Source of the DNA: Candidatus Obscuribacteraceae bacterium | Lineage (GTDB): Bacteria; Cyanobacteriota; Vampirovibrionia; Obscuribacterales; Obscuribacteraceae | Assembly (NCBI GenBank): GCA_044229845.1 | Contig: JBGASG010000002.1 | Span: 512,001-576,000 of the forward strand | DNA: 64,000 nucleotides | Direction: 5' to 3' | Shown here: one piece after another, positions 40,431-50,035 of the stretch | Layout: each line of letters opens with the position of its first letter | Position numbering within the stretch: position 1 is the first letter of the stretch | Notes under the pieces: model-generated | Seen by the model: only the letters and a program-made list of their open reading frames with translations | Told to the model about the DNA's origin: nothing | The model's database searches: none | Position numbers and translations under genes: made by a program

Positions 40431-41509
40431 GGTTTGCTGCCGGCCTGTTTAGTCAACTTCGCCAGGTTGTCTTTGGCTTCAGGATATTCCGGGTCGATGG
40501 ACAGCGCTTGCTTGTATTCATTTTCGGCAAGGTCCAGTTTACCCAGCTGGCCGTATGCAACGCCTAGATTGTTGTGGGCTTTGGCATTTTTCGGATCGAA
40601 CTTGATGGCCGCCTGGTAATGTCCGACTGCCAGCTGCATCTGATTTTGTCTCTGATATAGAAGTCCGATGTTGTAGTGGGCGTCGGCATAGCTGGGATCG
40701 ATGCGCAGCGCCTTCTGATACTCCATTAGAGCTTTCGGCATATCGCCCTGACTGAAATACGTGATGCCCAGCGTCGTGTGCGCCTGCGCATAGCCAAGAT
40801 TGCGCTGGGCTTCGGCGAAGTTCGGGTCGATGCGTAAGGCGGCTTGAAATTGATCTACCGACTCGGGAAATTTGCCGACGGCACCATATGCAACACCAAG
40901 ATTGTTGTGCGCCTCCACATACTGCGGATTGATCGCCAGCGCCGCTGTGTATTCACTGATAGCCTTTTCGCTGTCTCCAGTCTGCTGGTAAATGCGACCG
41001 AGGGCGAAGTGCATGACGGCATTGTTGGGTTCCAGCTTGATCGCACGCCAGTAGCCGTCGACCGCCTGATCGTTGTGACCGAGCCTCTCCTGGGTTAGAG
41101 CCAGATTGTACTGATACTCGGCATTTTGTGGCTGGCGTTGCGAGGCCTTCTGCAAATACCCGAGCGCCTCTTCGAAGCTGCCTTTGTCGAACATGGCAAT
41201 GCCGAGTCCGTAGTTGGCTTCGCCCAGGTCAGGGTTGAGCGCCAGGGCTTTTTTGTACTGCGCAACCGCCAGGTCGGCTTTGTTTTGCTGTTGGTAAATG
41301 CGGGCCATCAGAGTAAGCGCTGCCGTATTCTTCTGGTCAGCCGAAAGAATGCTTTGCAGATAACTGGCTGCTTCGCCGTAACGTCTTTGATTGAAGGCAT
41401 CCAGCCCGCGCTGATATAGTTCGTCGACATTCTTAGCCCAGGACGCGGCAGGCAGCAGTAACGAAACGGCAGCCGCAAGCAATATCGGTCTCAGCGCTAA
41501 TCTATTCAT
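40427..41509 (-). CDS. exported TPR protein
   Basis: Signal peptide ending SWA-K; about ten canonical TPRs (EAHNNLGVAY). Confidence 0.92.
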   Translation of the reverse strand: MNRLALRPILLAAAVSLLLPAASWAKNVDELYQRGLDAFNQRRYGEAASYLQSILSADQKNTAALTLMARIYQQQNKADLAVAQYKKALALNPDLGEANYGLGIAMFDKGSFEEALGYLQKASQRQPQNAEYQYNLALTQERLGHNDQAVDGYWRAIKLEPNNAVMHFALGRIYQQTGDSEKAISEYTAALAINPQYVEAHNNLGVAYGAVGKFPESVDQFQAALRIDPNFAEAQRNLGYAQAHTTLGITYFSQGDMPKALMEYQKALRIDPSYADAHYNIGLLYQRQNQMQLAVGHYQAAIKFDPKNAKAHNNLGVAYGQLGKLDLAENEYKQALSIDPEYPEAKDNLAKLTKQAGSKP

Positions 41510-41570
41510 CTACTTGTTCATGCCACAATACGCGGTATGCCTGCACTTTTATCGGTGAGTGAGTCCTCTT

Positions 41571-42830
41571 ATGAACATAGCTAATTCTCGCTCTGCACGC
41601 TCGTTCGGCAATCTGAAACCCTGGGCTGCCGGTGCCCTGGTAGCTCTTTTGGCGGTCTCGCCGGCGACGATCGCACCGCAGACCGCCGCTGCCAAGTCCA
41701 AGAGCGGGTCTTCCGGAAAGTCCGCCGGCGGCAAAGACGATCCCGGCTGCCGGGCTGCGGTCACCCAGGCAGCATCTTTGATAGCCCAGAAGAAAGACCA
41801 GGAAGCGGCCGCCTTGTTGCGCGAATGGGCCGGCAAATGCCCGCACGACTCCCAGCTCCATTTCATGCTGGCGACAGTGTTGCTGCACGTGCGCGCCGAC
41901 ATAAGCGAAGTAGAAGCAGCCTCGCGGCAGGCAGTGGCAGCCGATGAACACTCGATTCCCGCGCACATGCAACTGGCACTGATTCTGACCAACAACAATA
42001 AAGTCCGCGAAGCGGTGCAGCAATTGAAGACGGTGACCGAACTCGATCCAGCCAACTATGACGCCTGGCAAGCTCTGGCTGTGGGCTACAAAGCGCTGAA
42101 TGAAGACGATCTGGCGCTGCAAGCCAACACCACAGCGGCAGAGCTGGAGCCGAATGCTTTGCAAAACAGTATGTCGGTGATTCGAAATTTGCGTCAGTCC
42201 GGCAAAATGATGCAGGCGGCCACCGAGCTCAAAAAGATTTTGGCGCGCAAAAGCATCAGCGCCACCACCGTCCAAGAACTGGCCGCCGAGGGACTTCTGG
42301 TCGGCGACTATCCCGACACAGTGGAAGCATGCAAGCGCGTGCTGGCGAAGTTTCCCAAGTCGCTGCCCGCACTAAAGATGATGGCACTGGCCAATTATTG
42401 CGCGGGCGACTACAACGCCGCTCTGGAAAACGCCAACCAGATACTGGCACATGCCAAAGACAACTCCGACGCGCTGGCGATCAAGGGGCTGTCTTTGCTG
42501 AAACTGAATCAGACCACTGAAGCCGAAGAACCGCTTGTGCAGGCGCTCACCAAACAGCCCAATTCCAGCCTGGCGCTGCTCGGCAACGGCATGTATGCCG
42601 CCGCCAAAGGCAACACCGACTCCGGCGTCGAGCAATTGCTCATGGTGCTCGATTGCAACGCCAGCAGCGCGCAGAGCCAGGGGCTGCCCGAGCCGCTCGC
42701 CCATCTGGAACTGGCTTCTATATATGAGAAAACCGGAAAGAAAGCCCTCGCCGCCGACGAAGCTCGAGCGCTGGCGCAGGACGGGCGTTTCAACAAAGAA
42801 GCCCAGCAGCACGGCGCCACGATTAAATAA
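41571..42830 (+). CDS. exported TPR protein
   Basis: Signal or anchor sequence and TPR-like repeats; divergent from 40427..41509. Confidence 0.8.
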   Translation: MNIANSRSARSFGNLKPWAAGALVALLAVSPATIAPQTAAAKSKSGSSGKSAGGKDDPGCRAAVTQAASLIAQKKDQEAAALLREWAGKCPHDSQLHFMLATVLLHVRADISEVEAASRQAVAADEHSIPAHMQLALILTNNNKVREAVQQLKTVTELDPANYDAWQALAVGYKALNEDDLALQANTTAAELEPNALQNSMSVIRNLRQSGKMMQAATELKKILARKSISATTVQELAAEGLLVGDYPDTVEACKRVLAKFPKSLPALKMMALANYCAGDYNAALENANQILAHAKDNSDALAIKGLSLLKLNQTTEAEEPLVQALTKQPNSSLALLGNGMYAAAKGNTDSGVEQLLMVLDCNASSAQSQGLPEPLAHLELASIYEKTGKKALAADEARALAQDGRFNKEAQQHGATIK

Positions 42831-42899
42831 TTGCGCATAAGAGCAAGGGGAACCTGCCACCCAATCAGCCGTCACCAGAGGCACGAGCAGTGGCAAATA

Positions 42900-43157
42900 A
42901 TGAAGTACTTTCCAGACAGAGTTTCCCATAACGATCTCCTGCGGGCGATGGCATTGCGGATTGTCGGGCGCGAGCAAAGGGAAACAGACTACGCTCTCGA
43001 ACTGATGAATTCGCTGGAAGCTCTCTCGCGTCGCGCGCAGTTGGAAGTTCTCGTTCAGGAAGAGACCGGACTGCCTGCTCAGGTCATTCAAAGCAAGTCG
43101 GTGCCCGAAATGATTGCGCTGCTGGAAGACTTCCACGGCGACAACCTGGCAGCCTGA
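42900..43157 (+). CDS. small hypothetical protein
   Basis: Helical ORF filling the gap before the photolyase gene. Confidence 0.5.
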   Translation: MKYFPDRVSHNDLLRAMALRIVGREQRETDYALELMNSLEALSRRAQLEVLVQEETGLPAQVIQSKSVPEMIALLEDFHGDNLAA

Positions 43158-43205
43158 TGCAATCCGATTCACCTGACGTTCACCCCTGAACGGTACGCTC
43201 TAGTC

Positions 43206-44669
43206 ATGAGCAATGGCAAAACACTTGTTTGGTTCCGGCAAGACCTGCGCCTGTCCGACAACCCGGCTCTGCATGCGGCGGCACAGCGTGGCGCCGTGAT
43301 TCCGGTGTTTATCTGGGCACAGGCAGAGGAAGGCGCATGGAAACCGGGCGGGGCGACAAAGTGGTGGCTGCACCATTCGCTCGAGTCACTCGACACAGAG
43401 CTCGAAAAGCTGGACTCGCACCTGGTGGTGCGAACGCTGCCACCGCATTCACAAGAGCGCACCAGCGATCTGCTTGCGACACTGGTGCGGGAGACCGGGG
43501 CTGATGCGGTCTATTTCAATCGGCGCTATGAAGAGTCGGCTCGCAAACAAGAAGAAGAGGTTGTGGCGGCACTGGAAAAACTCGGCACCACCGTGCGCAG
43601 TTTTAACGGATCGTTGATACACGAGCCGTACGAAATTCTCAACAACTCGGGCGAGCCGTACAAGGTCTATACGGCCTACGCGAGAGCCTGCCTGCGTATC
43701 GCCGGCAAGCAGAAAATTGTGCCGACGGTTCGCAAACTTGATACACCGCCTAAAATGCCGAAGAGTGATTTACTGAATGCGCTGCATTTATTACCCAGCA
43801 TCAACTGGGACGAAGGCATCTCCGCAGCCTGGACACCGGGCGAAGCCGCCGCTTCCAAGCGCGCTCGCAAGTTTATTGCCAACTTGGTTTCAGCTTACAC
43901 AACAACGCGCAATCAACCGGCGGTTGATGGCGTTTCTCGCATGTCTCCCCACCTGCACTTCGGTGAGATGTCTCCTCGGGTGCTTTTCCATCTGGTGGAG
44001 TCGGCCCGCGACGATTTAGATAAAGAAGGACGCGAGAGCGTCGACAAGTTTCTTGGCGAGATTTTGTGGCGAGAGTTCGCGTACTACACGCTCTATCATC
44101 AACCGCATACCGCAGAGTCCTGCCTGCGTCAGGAGTTCAATCAGCTCGACTGGCGCAACGACAAAAAAGCACTTGAGTCGTGGCAACGCGGTCAAACCGG
44201 CGTTCCGATTGTCGATGCAGGCATGCGAGAGCTATGGACTACAGGGTGGATGCACAATCGCGTGCGCATGATCGCAGCATCGTTTCTCGTCAAAGATTTG
44301 CTGATTAGCTGGCAGAAGGGGGCGGCCTGGTTCTGGGACACTCTCGTCGATGCGGATCTCGCCAACAACACTATGGGCTGGCAATGGGTGGCCGGCTGCG
44401 GAGTAGATGCCGCACCATATTTCCGCATCATGAATCCGACTTTGCAGGGCAAGAAGTTCGATCCCGATGGAGTCTACGTGCGGCGCTGGATCCCCGAGCT
44501 CAAGGCGGTGCCTTCCCGGTTCATACATGAACCATGGCTGACACCGCCCCTGGTGCAACAACAAGCCGGCATCGAAATCGGAACAGATTATCCGACACCG
44601 ATCATCGATCACAGTGCGGCGCGACAGCGCGTTCTCACTCTCTACAAAGGATTGCGTGCAGCGAATTGA
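43206..44669 (+). CDS. phrB: deoxyribodipyrimidine photolyase (class I CPD type)
   Basis: WFRQDLRLSDNPAL, SRMSPHLHFG, WREF, TGWMHNRVRM, GWQWVAG, PYFRI. Confidence 0.93.
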   Translation: MSNGKTLVWFRQDLRLSDNPALHAAAQRGAVIPVFIWAQAEEGAWKPGGATKWWLHHSLESLDTELEKLDSHLVVRTLPPHSQERTSDLLATLVRETGADAVYFNRRYEESARKQEEEVVAALEKLGTTVRSFNGSLIHEPYEILNNSGEPYKVYTAYARACLRIAGKQKIVPTVRKLDTPPKMPKSDLLNALHLLPSINWDEGISAAWTPGEAAASKRARKFIANLVSAYTTTRNQPAVDGVSRMSPHLHFGEMSPRVLFHLVESARDDLDKEGRESVDKFLGEILWREFAYYTLYHQPHTAESCLRQEFNQLDWRNDKKALESWQRGQTGVPIVDAGMRELWTTGWMHNRVRMIAASFLVKDLLISWQKGAAWFWDTLVDADLANNTMGWQWVAGCGVDAAPYFRIMNPTLQGKKFDPDGVYVRRWIPELKAVPSRFIHEPWLTPPLVQQQAGIEIGTDYPTPIIDHSAARQRVLTLYKGLRAAN

Positions 44670-44681
44670 ATTGGGCTTCGG

Positions 44682-45230
44682 TCAAGAAACGGCCGTCGGA
44701 GCCCCCGCGGACAACTTGCCGGTCAGCGAAACAACAGCATCGGCAAACTGCTGCAGACGTCCGTGAATCTCTTTCTGGATTTTTTCTCCAACAAAATCTG
44801 AACCTTCTGCGTAAACAAACCGCGGCAAGATCATGCTACGAAAATCCAACATCAGGCTATTTGCCAGACTGAGCACTGACATATAACTCGAGCGACCGCC
44901 GGCAGCGCAAAGGAATCCGACGAGTTTTTCCGACCACGCGGACCCCGTCAGTTCCACAAGATTTTTCAGCGCACCGCTGACGTTGTAGTTGTAGATCGGG
45001 GTGGCGACGATTATGCAATCTGCATTCTGAATCTTGCTCGTCATCGACACCACGTTGGCATGACCGTAGGCGGCACCGCCATCGCAAAACGGCAGCTCAA
45101 CGTCCTGCAGATCAACCAGCTCGACATCAGCATGCTCTTTCAACAAGTCGGCTACATGCAACGCCATCTTGCGGCTGTTGCTGCCTGGATTGAGACTGCT
45201 GCTGATCACCAAAATCTTGTTCTTCGTCAT
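44682..45230 (-). CDS. NADPH-dependent FMN reductase
   Basis: ISSSLNPGSNS, ATPIYNYNVSGALKN. Confidence 0.9.
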   Translation of the reverse strand: MTKNKILVISSSLNPGSNSRKMALHVADLLKEHADVELVDLQDVELPFCDGGAAYGHANVVSMTSKIQNADCIIVATPIYNYNVSGALKNLVELTGSAWSEKLVGFLCAAGGRSSYMSVLSLANSLMLDFRSMILPRFVYAEGSDFVGEKIQKEIHGRLQQFADAVVSLTGKLSAGAPTAVS

Positions 45231-45733
45231 TTCTTTTCTCCCTTGCTTGCCGTCTCGCGTTCGGTCGTTGCGGCCGCGGCTCCCGCGCCGTCTCCCCCAC
45301 CACCGTAAAGCGTCGCCAGCATTCGCTTTAACTGCTCGCGTTCGCTATCGCTGAGGAGGGCAAGAAACTTCTCTTCCGCCTTCTCCATACGACTGAGACC
45401 CTTTTTGAGAATCTCCTTGCCCGCAGCCGTAACCGTGAGAGCATGGCAACGCCGGTCCAACGGATCGACATTGCGCACGAGATACCCGCCTTCTTCCAGT
45501 GCATCGACAATCTGGACCACGGTGGTCCGGTCGAGTTTGAGCAGTTGTCCCGCCGCCTGCTGCGTCATGCAACCCCGCGTAACAATCAACTCCAAAATTC
45601 CGAGCTGTCGGGCTGAGATTCCTAGTGGCTCCAGAGCCTCTTCCGCTACCTCAGCACTGCGCCGGGCAGCTCCGCGGAGCAGGAAAGGAAGCCCGGAAGC
45701 GCCCTGGGGACTGGCTTTATCGAATTCACCCAT
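45227..45733 (-). CDS. MarR family transcriptional regulator
   Basis: LDRTTVVQIVDALEEGGYLVR..DPLDRR...LTVTAAG; start taken at ATG 45733. Confidence 0.92.
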   Translation of the reverse strand: MGEFDKASPQGASGLPFLLRGAARRSAEVAEEALEPLGISARQLGILELIVTRGCMTQQAAGQLLKLDRTTVVQIVDALEEGGYLVRNVDPLDRRCHALTVTAAGKEILKKGLSRMEKAEEKFLALLSDSEREQLKRMLATLYGGGGDGAGAAAATTERETASKGEKK

Positions 45734-45917
45734 GTCGGACCTCCCATCTGCGAAACAGATTATCAGGTTTGCTGACGATTTGCAACCCGGACTAATCTTT
45801 CTCAGCCACACGCCCCTGCGTGATACGTTGGGGTTATATACGTCAGGAGTCTGGGTACAGGTATAACGTCAGCAAAGTCCGAATCGCGCTTCGGGCTTAA
45901 GGGGATCCCTGGGTTTT

Positions 45918-48101
45918 ATGACTGCCGAAAATCTGCAACAGCAGGAAACAGAACTGGAGTTGTGCACGACGTGTAACACCTCCTATCCATCGGGCACGGG
46001 CATTTGCCAGGTCGACGGCACAGAGCTGATCTCCACCATGCGCGACCCGATGGTCGGCGTGGTCCTGCCGAAGAAGTATCGCATTGTCGGATTGCTTGGT
46101 CGCGGCGCCATGAGCGTCGTTTATCGCGGCGTCCACGAGCCGACCGGCCAGACGGTCGCCATCAAACTCCTCAAGTCTCACCTGGTGTCCGATACTGTGA
46201 GCGCTCGCCGTTTTCAGATGGAAGCGCAGACAGTCGGACAACTGCAGCACCCCAACATCGTCGACGTGCTCCACCATGGCGTCACCGAGCAGGGCGTGCC
46301 TTACCTGATCATGGAACTGGTGGCCGGCGACAGCCTCGCCGACATGCTGCGCATTGAAAACTCCATCTCCAGCAACCGCACCATCCGGATTTTTGCACAA
46401 GCCGCTTCAGCGCTGGCTTACGCTCACGATCGCGGGGTCATCCACCGCGATATCAAACCAAGCAACATCGTCGTCTGCAATACAGCCGATGAGCGGGACG
46501 TCGTCAAAATCGTCGACTTCGGTATCGCCAAGATGCAGGGCTATGGCATCACCAGCCAGAACCTGACCGCCACCGGCGAAGTCGTCGGCACGCCCATGTA
46601 CATGAGCCCAGAGCAGACCATGGGCAAAGACCTGGACGGACGCTCCGACATCTATTCGCTGGGATGCGTCATGTACGAGTGCGTCACAGGCACACCGCCT
46701 TTTGTCGGACAAAGCGCCGTCGACACGATGCACAAACAGATTTTGCAGGACGCGGTGCCGGTGGATACCGTGCGCCCCGACCTCTACATTCCGGAACGCT
46801 TGAAGAACGTCATCAACCTGGCGATGACCAAAGATGTTCGCTATCGCTATCAACACATGCGAGAGTTGCAAGCCGACCTCGAAGACGTAAACAAAGGCAC
46901 CATGGTCAATGCCGTCGTGCCCGAGATCAAAGACACGGGCGCCTGGAAGCGCCTGGTCAGCGGTAACATGCTCTACATCGGCATCGCCGCCGCCGTGGTG
47001 GTGATCGTTGGTATCGGCATTGGTGCCTTCATGCTGATGCCAAAGGTCGGTACCAGCACCGGCAGTGGTCAATCGCAATCTCCGGTGGCGAACGCCGGCG
47101 ACGCGAACAGCTGGCAAACCCACATGAACCGCGGACAAGATCTGTTGCGCCAGGGCAAGTACGAAGAAGCACAGAGCATCTTGCTGACGGCATCTCGCGA
47201 AGCGGAAGCCTTTCAACCGCAGCCCGATGCCCGCCTGGGCAACACACTCAACCAGTTAGCCACCGCGTATTATCTGCAAGACAACTATCAGGATGCCGCC
47301 AGCGAGTCTGAGCGCGCTCTCGATATCAACAAGAAAGTCAGCAAGGGCAAGGACAGTGCCGCAGTCGCCGAAAGTCTCAGCAACCTGGGGATGATCAAAT
47401 GCGCACAGGGCGATTTCGCCGGCGCCGAGAAGATGGGCAAAGAAGGGCTGCGCATGCGCGAAGCAGTGCTTGGTGCAAAACACCAGGACGTCGCGAACAG
47501 CTTGCAAGCTCTGGCTGAATTGGCTTGCAAGAAGAAAGACTTCAAAACCGCCGAATCGCTTCTGACCCGCGCGCTGGATATACGCAAACGCTCGCTCGGT
47601 GCACAGAACCCCGAAGTGGCCAACACGTTGTATAACCTGGGCATGGTGGCGCAAGCGCAAGGCAACCACCAGAAAGCCGAATCGCTCTATAAACAAGCCC
47701 TCAGCATTCAACAGATGCAATTGGGAGCGGAGCACATCAAAGTATCAGACACAATGGTGGCACTGGGCACCCTCAGTTATTACCGTCACAACAACAAGCA
47801 AGCGCGCACCATGCTGAACAACGCGCTCAACATCCGCGAGAAAGCGCTGGGAAGAAACAGCGCCAAAGTCGCGGAGATTCTCACTTGTGTCGCCATCATC
47901 GATGAAGATGAGAACAAACTGCAGGATGCAGAGAAACAGTACCGCGAAGCGCTGGAAATTCGCGAGAAACTCTGGGGCTCGAACAGCCCGAGACTGGTGA
48001 AGAGCCTCGACCACATGGCTCGCATCCTGCATAAGACGAATCAGGACAACGGCGCTGAATATTACATCGCCCAGGCAAAAGCGCTGCGCGCCGCCAAGTA
48101 G
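45918..48101 (+). CDS. receptor-type Ser/Thr kinase (N-terminal Zn-ribbon-like motif, kinase, TM helix, TPR array)
   Basis: CTTC...CQVDG, GRGAMS, HRDIKPSN, DFG, GTPMYMSPE, TM helix, about 42-aa TPRs. Confidence 0.93.
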   Translation: MTAENLQQQETELELCTTCNTSYPSGTGICQVDGTELISTMRDPMVGVVLPKKYRIVGLLGRGAMSVVYRGVHEPTGQTVAIKLLKSHLVSDTVSARRFQMEAQTVGQLQHPNIVDVLHHGVTEQGVPYLIMELVAGDSLADMLRIENSISSNRTIRIFAQAASALAYAHDRGVIHRDIKPSNIVVCNTADERDVVKIVDFGIAKMQGYGITSQNLTATGEVVGTPMYMSPEQTMGKDLDGRSDIYSLGCVMYECVTGTPPFVGQSAVDTMHKQILQDAVPVDTVRPDLYIPERLKNVINLAMTKDVRYRYQHMRELQADLEDVNKGTMVNAVVPEIKDTGAWKRLVSGNMLYIGIAAAVVVIVGIGIGAFMLMPKVGTSTGSGQSQSPVANAGDANSWQTHMNRGQDLLRQGKYEEAQSILLTASREAEAFQPQPDARLGNTLNQLATAYYLQDNYQDAASESERALDINKKVSKGKDSAAVAESLSNLGMIKCAQGDFAGAEKMGKEGLRMREAVLGAKHQDVANSLQALAELACKKKDFKTAESLLTRALDIRKRSLGAQNPEVANTLYNLGMVAQAQGNHQKAESLYKQALSIQQMQLGAEHIKVSDTMVALGTLSYYRHNNKQARTMLNNALNIREKALGRNSAKVAEILTCVAIIDEDENKLQDAEKQYREALEIREKLWGSNSPRLVKSLDHMARILHKTNQDNGAEYYIAQAKALRAAK

Positions 48102-48115
48102 TACCGAGAATTCTT

Positions 48116-48769
48116 TTGATTACCGATAATGCAAAAGTGATTAGCGTTTGCGTAGGCAAGCCTAAACTTGTTGTGTTCAATGGCACCACCGTCGAAACAG
48201 CAATCTTCAAGACACCGGTGACCGGCAAGGTTTCACTGAGAAAGCTCAACCTGGATGGCGACAAACAGGCAGATCTGATGGTGCACGGCGGCATTGATAA
48301 AGCGCTGTACTCCTATTCCTCAGAACATTATTCATGGTGGAAAGAGCAGCTCCCTGATGTTGAGTTTTCTCATGGCAAATTTGGGGAGAACCTGACGACA
48401 GAGGGTCTCTTAGAACAGGACGTTTGCATCGGCGACGAATTTCAGGTCGGCACCGGCGTCGTTAAAGTCAGCCAACCCAGACTGCCCTGTTTCAAGCTGG
48501 GAATGAAATTCGCACGCCCTGATGTCATCAAGATGTTCCAGCAAAGCGGTCGCAGCGGAATCTATTTTTCCGTTCTAGAAGAAGGAGAAATATCCGCAGG
48601 CGACTCGATCAAGTTCCTGCGCGGTGATGGTCTGGAAATTGGTGTGCAGGCAGTAGCGAATCTATTTAACAATCGCGACGCTGTGGATCCTGACTTCGTT
48701 GAGCGCGCGCTCGACTCCCAACTCGCCGAGCAGATGAAGACCTTCATCGCCAGTCGCCTCTCTCGTTGA
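48116..48769 (+). CDS. MOSC domain protein (YiiM-like)
   Basis: GDKQADLMVHGG, FGENL, SQPRLPCFKL. Confidence 0.9.
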   Translation: MITDNAKVISVCVGKPKLVVFNGTTVETAIFKTPVTGKVSLRKLNLDGDKQADLMVHGGIDKALYSYSSEHYSWWKEQLPDVEFSHGKFGENLTTEGLLEQDVCIGDEFQVGTGVVKVSQPRLPCFKLGMKFARPDVIKMFQQSGRSGIYFSVLEEGEISAGDSIKFLRGDGLEIGVQAVANLFNNRDAVDPDFVERALDSQLAEQMKTFIASRLSR

Positions 48770-48885
48770 ATTGGATAAAGAGCTTTACGCTTTGCGTCTC
48801 ATGTGCCTCTGAGTAACGCGGAGAAGTGCAGCAATCTCAACGATTTTTTTGAAGCTAGCGGATTCGTAACCAGTGGTGCGGGCAA

Positions 48886-50022
48886 CTACTTCCGGTAAGG
48901 CTGCCTCGCCTTGGGTGTCGTTCCAGTTTCCTTTGGCTTGAGAGCCAACTGGACGTAGACCGGGTAGTGGTCGCTGCCGAGGTTTGGTAGCACCTGGTAG
49001 CTGGTGGCAATAAATTGATCGCTGGCGAGAACGTGATCTATAGGTAGGCGAAAACCTAGCAGGTAGGTCGGCCAGGTTGGTTGCAAGCCGAAGCCGAGGG
49101 CGGTGTTCTTCACCTTCGAACGCAAGGTCAGTTTGTGGAAGTAGTAAGACCACGGCGTGCAGTTGAGGTCTCCCACTAAGAGGAATGGATCTCGCACGGT
49201 CGTATCGCGTGCCGCATTGATGGCCGCGAATTCTTCGTTGCGCAGAGCAAAGTATTCTTCCGACATCGGCGTCAGTGGGTGGGCTGCAATTATCGAAACA
49301 GCCTCACCGCCGCAATCGACTTTGGTGAATATCGCCGGCACCGGAAAGTGATTAGTCTGGTTGTTGTTGTCTTTGCTCTCGATGATCTGCGGCTCTATCA
49401 GAGGTAGGCGAGAGTATATAGCGATGCCGAAGGTGTCCTGGCGCGGTCGCGCGATCTTGTGCGTATATCCAGCCGGTGCTAGCTTCTCCGTCATTGCTTT
49501 GTCCCATTCGAAGGTGACCTCATCAAGACAGACGATGTCCGGTTTCAGCTGAGTAATGAGATCTGCCACCGCCTGGTGCTTGGTGCTTGGCGCATAGACG
49601 TTGAGTTGCAGAACGCTGAGGCGCGGCAAATTGGCATCCGCCACGCCCGGCTTTGTCAGGTAGAAAGGCGCAATCTCACTGACGTTGCAGCCGGCACCAG
49701 CCAGACAGATGGCGATGACAATCCAGCGCCGCGTCGTGGTGGCAAGCACCAGATAGATCGCCTGGAAAACCAGATACTGAACCCGGAAGTGACTGAGGTT
49801 GTCGATCAGGAAGTTGATACCACCCATGAAGGACAAATAGGTGAACGCCACCGAGATCAACATCGGTATCGTCAGGGTGGCGACAAATCCATCACGCCAT
49901 TTTGCGAATCCGTCCATCCACTTAGCGCCGCGTCGCGCGCCGGCTTCGCCGGGCGTCGCCACGTCCTCTGCTGCGGGCGGAGGTCCATCGAGGTTCGAAT
50001 TGTCTGATCCGTCGGTCACCAT
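48886..50022 (-). CDS. membrane-anchored endonuclease/exonuclease/phosphatase family protein
   Basis: Three TM helices, QLNV, PDIVCLDE, GDLNCTPWS, IDHVL, GSDHYPV. Confidence 0.9.
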   Translation of the reverse strand: MVTDGSDNSNLDGPPPAAEDVATPGEAGARRGAKWMDGFAKWRDGFVATLTIPMLISVAFTYLSFMGGINFLIDNLSHFRVQYLVFQAIYLVLATTTRRWIVIAICLAGAGCNVSEIAPFYLTKPGVADANLPRLSVLQLNVYAPSTKHQAVADLITQLKPDIVCLDEVTFEWDKAMTEKLAPAGYTHKIARPRQDTFGIAIYSRLPLIEPQIIESKDNNNQTNHFPVPAIFTKVDCGGEAVSIIAAHPLTPMSEEYFALRNEEFAAINAARDTTVRDPFLLVGDLNCTPWSYYFHKLTLRSKVKNTALGFGLQPTWPTYLLGFRLPIDHVLASDQFIATSYQVLPNLGSDHYPVYVQLALKPKETGTTPKARQPYRK

Positions 50023-50035
50023 ATTCGATATGAGC

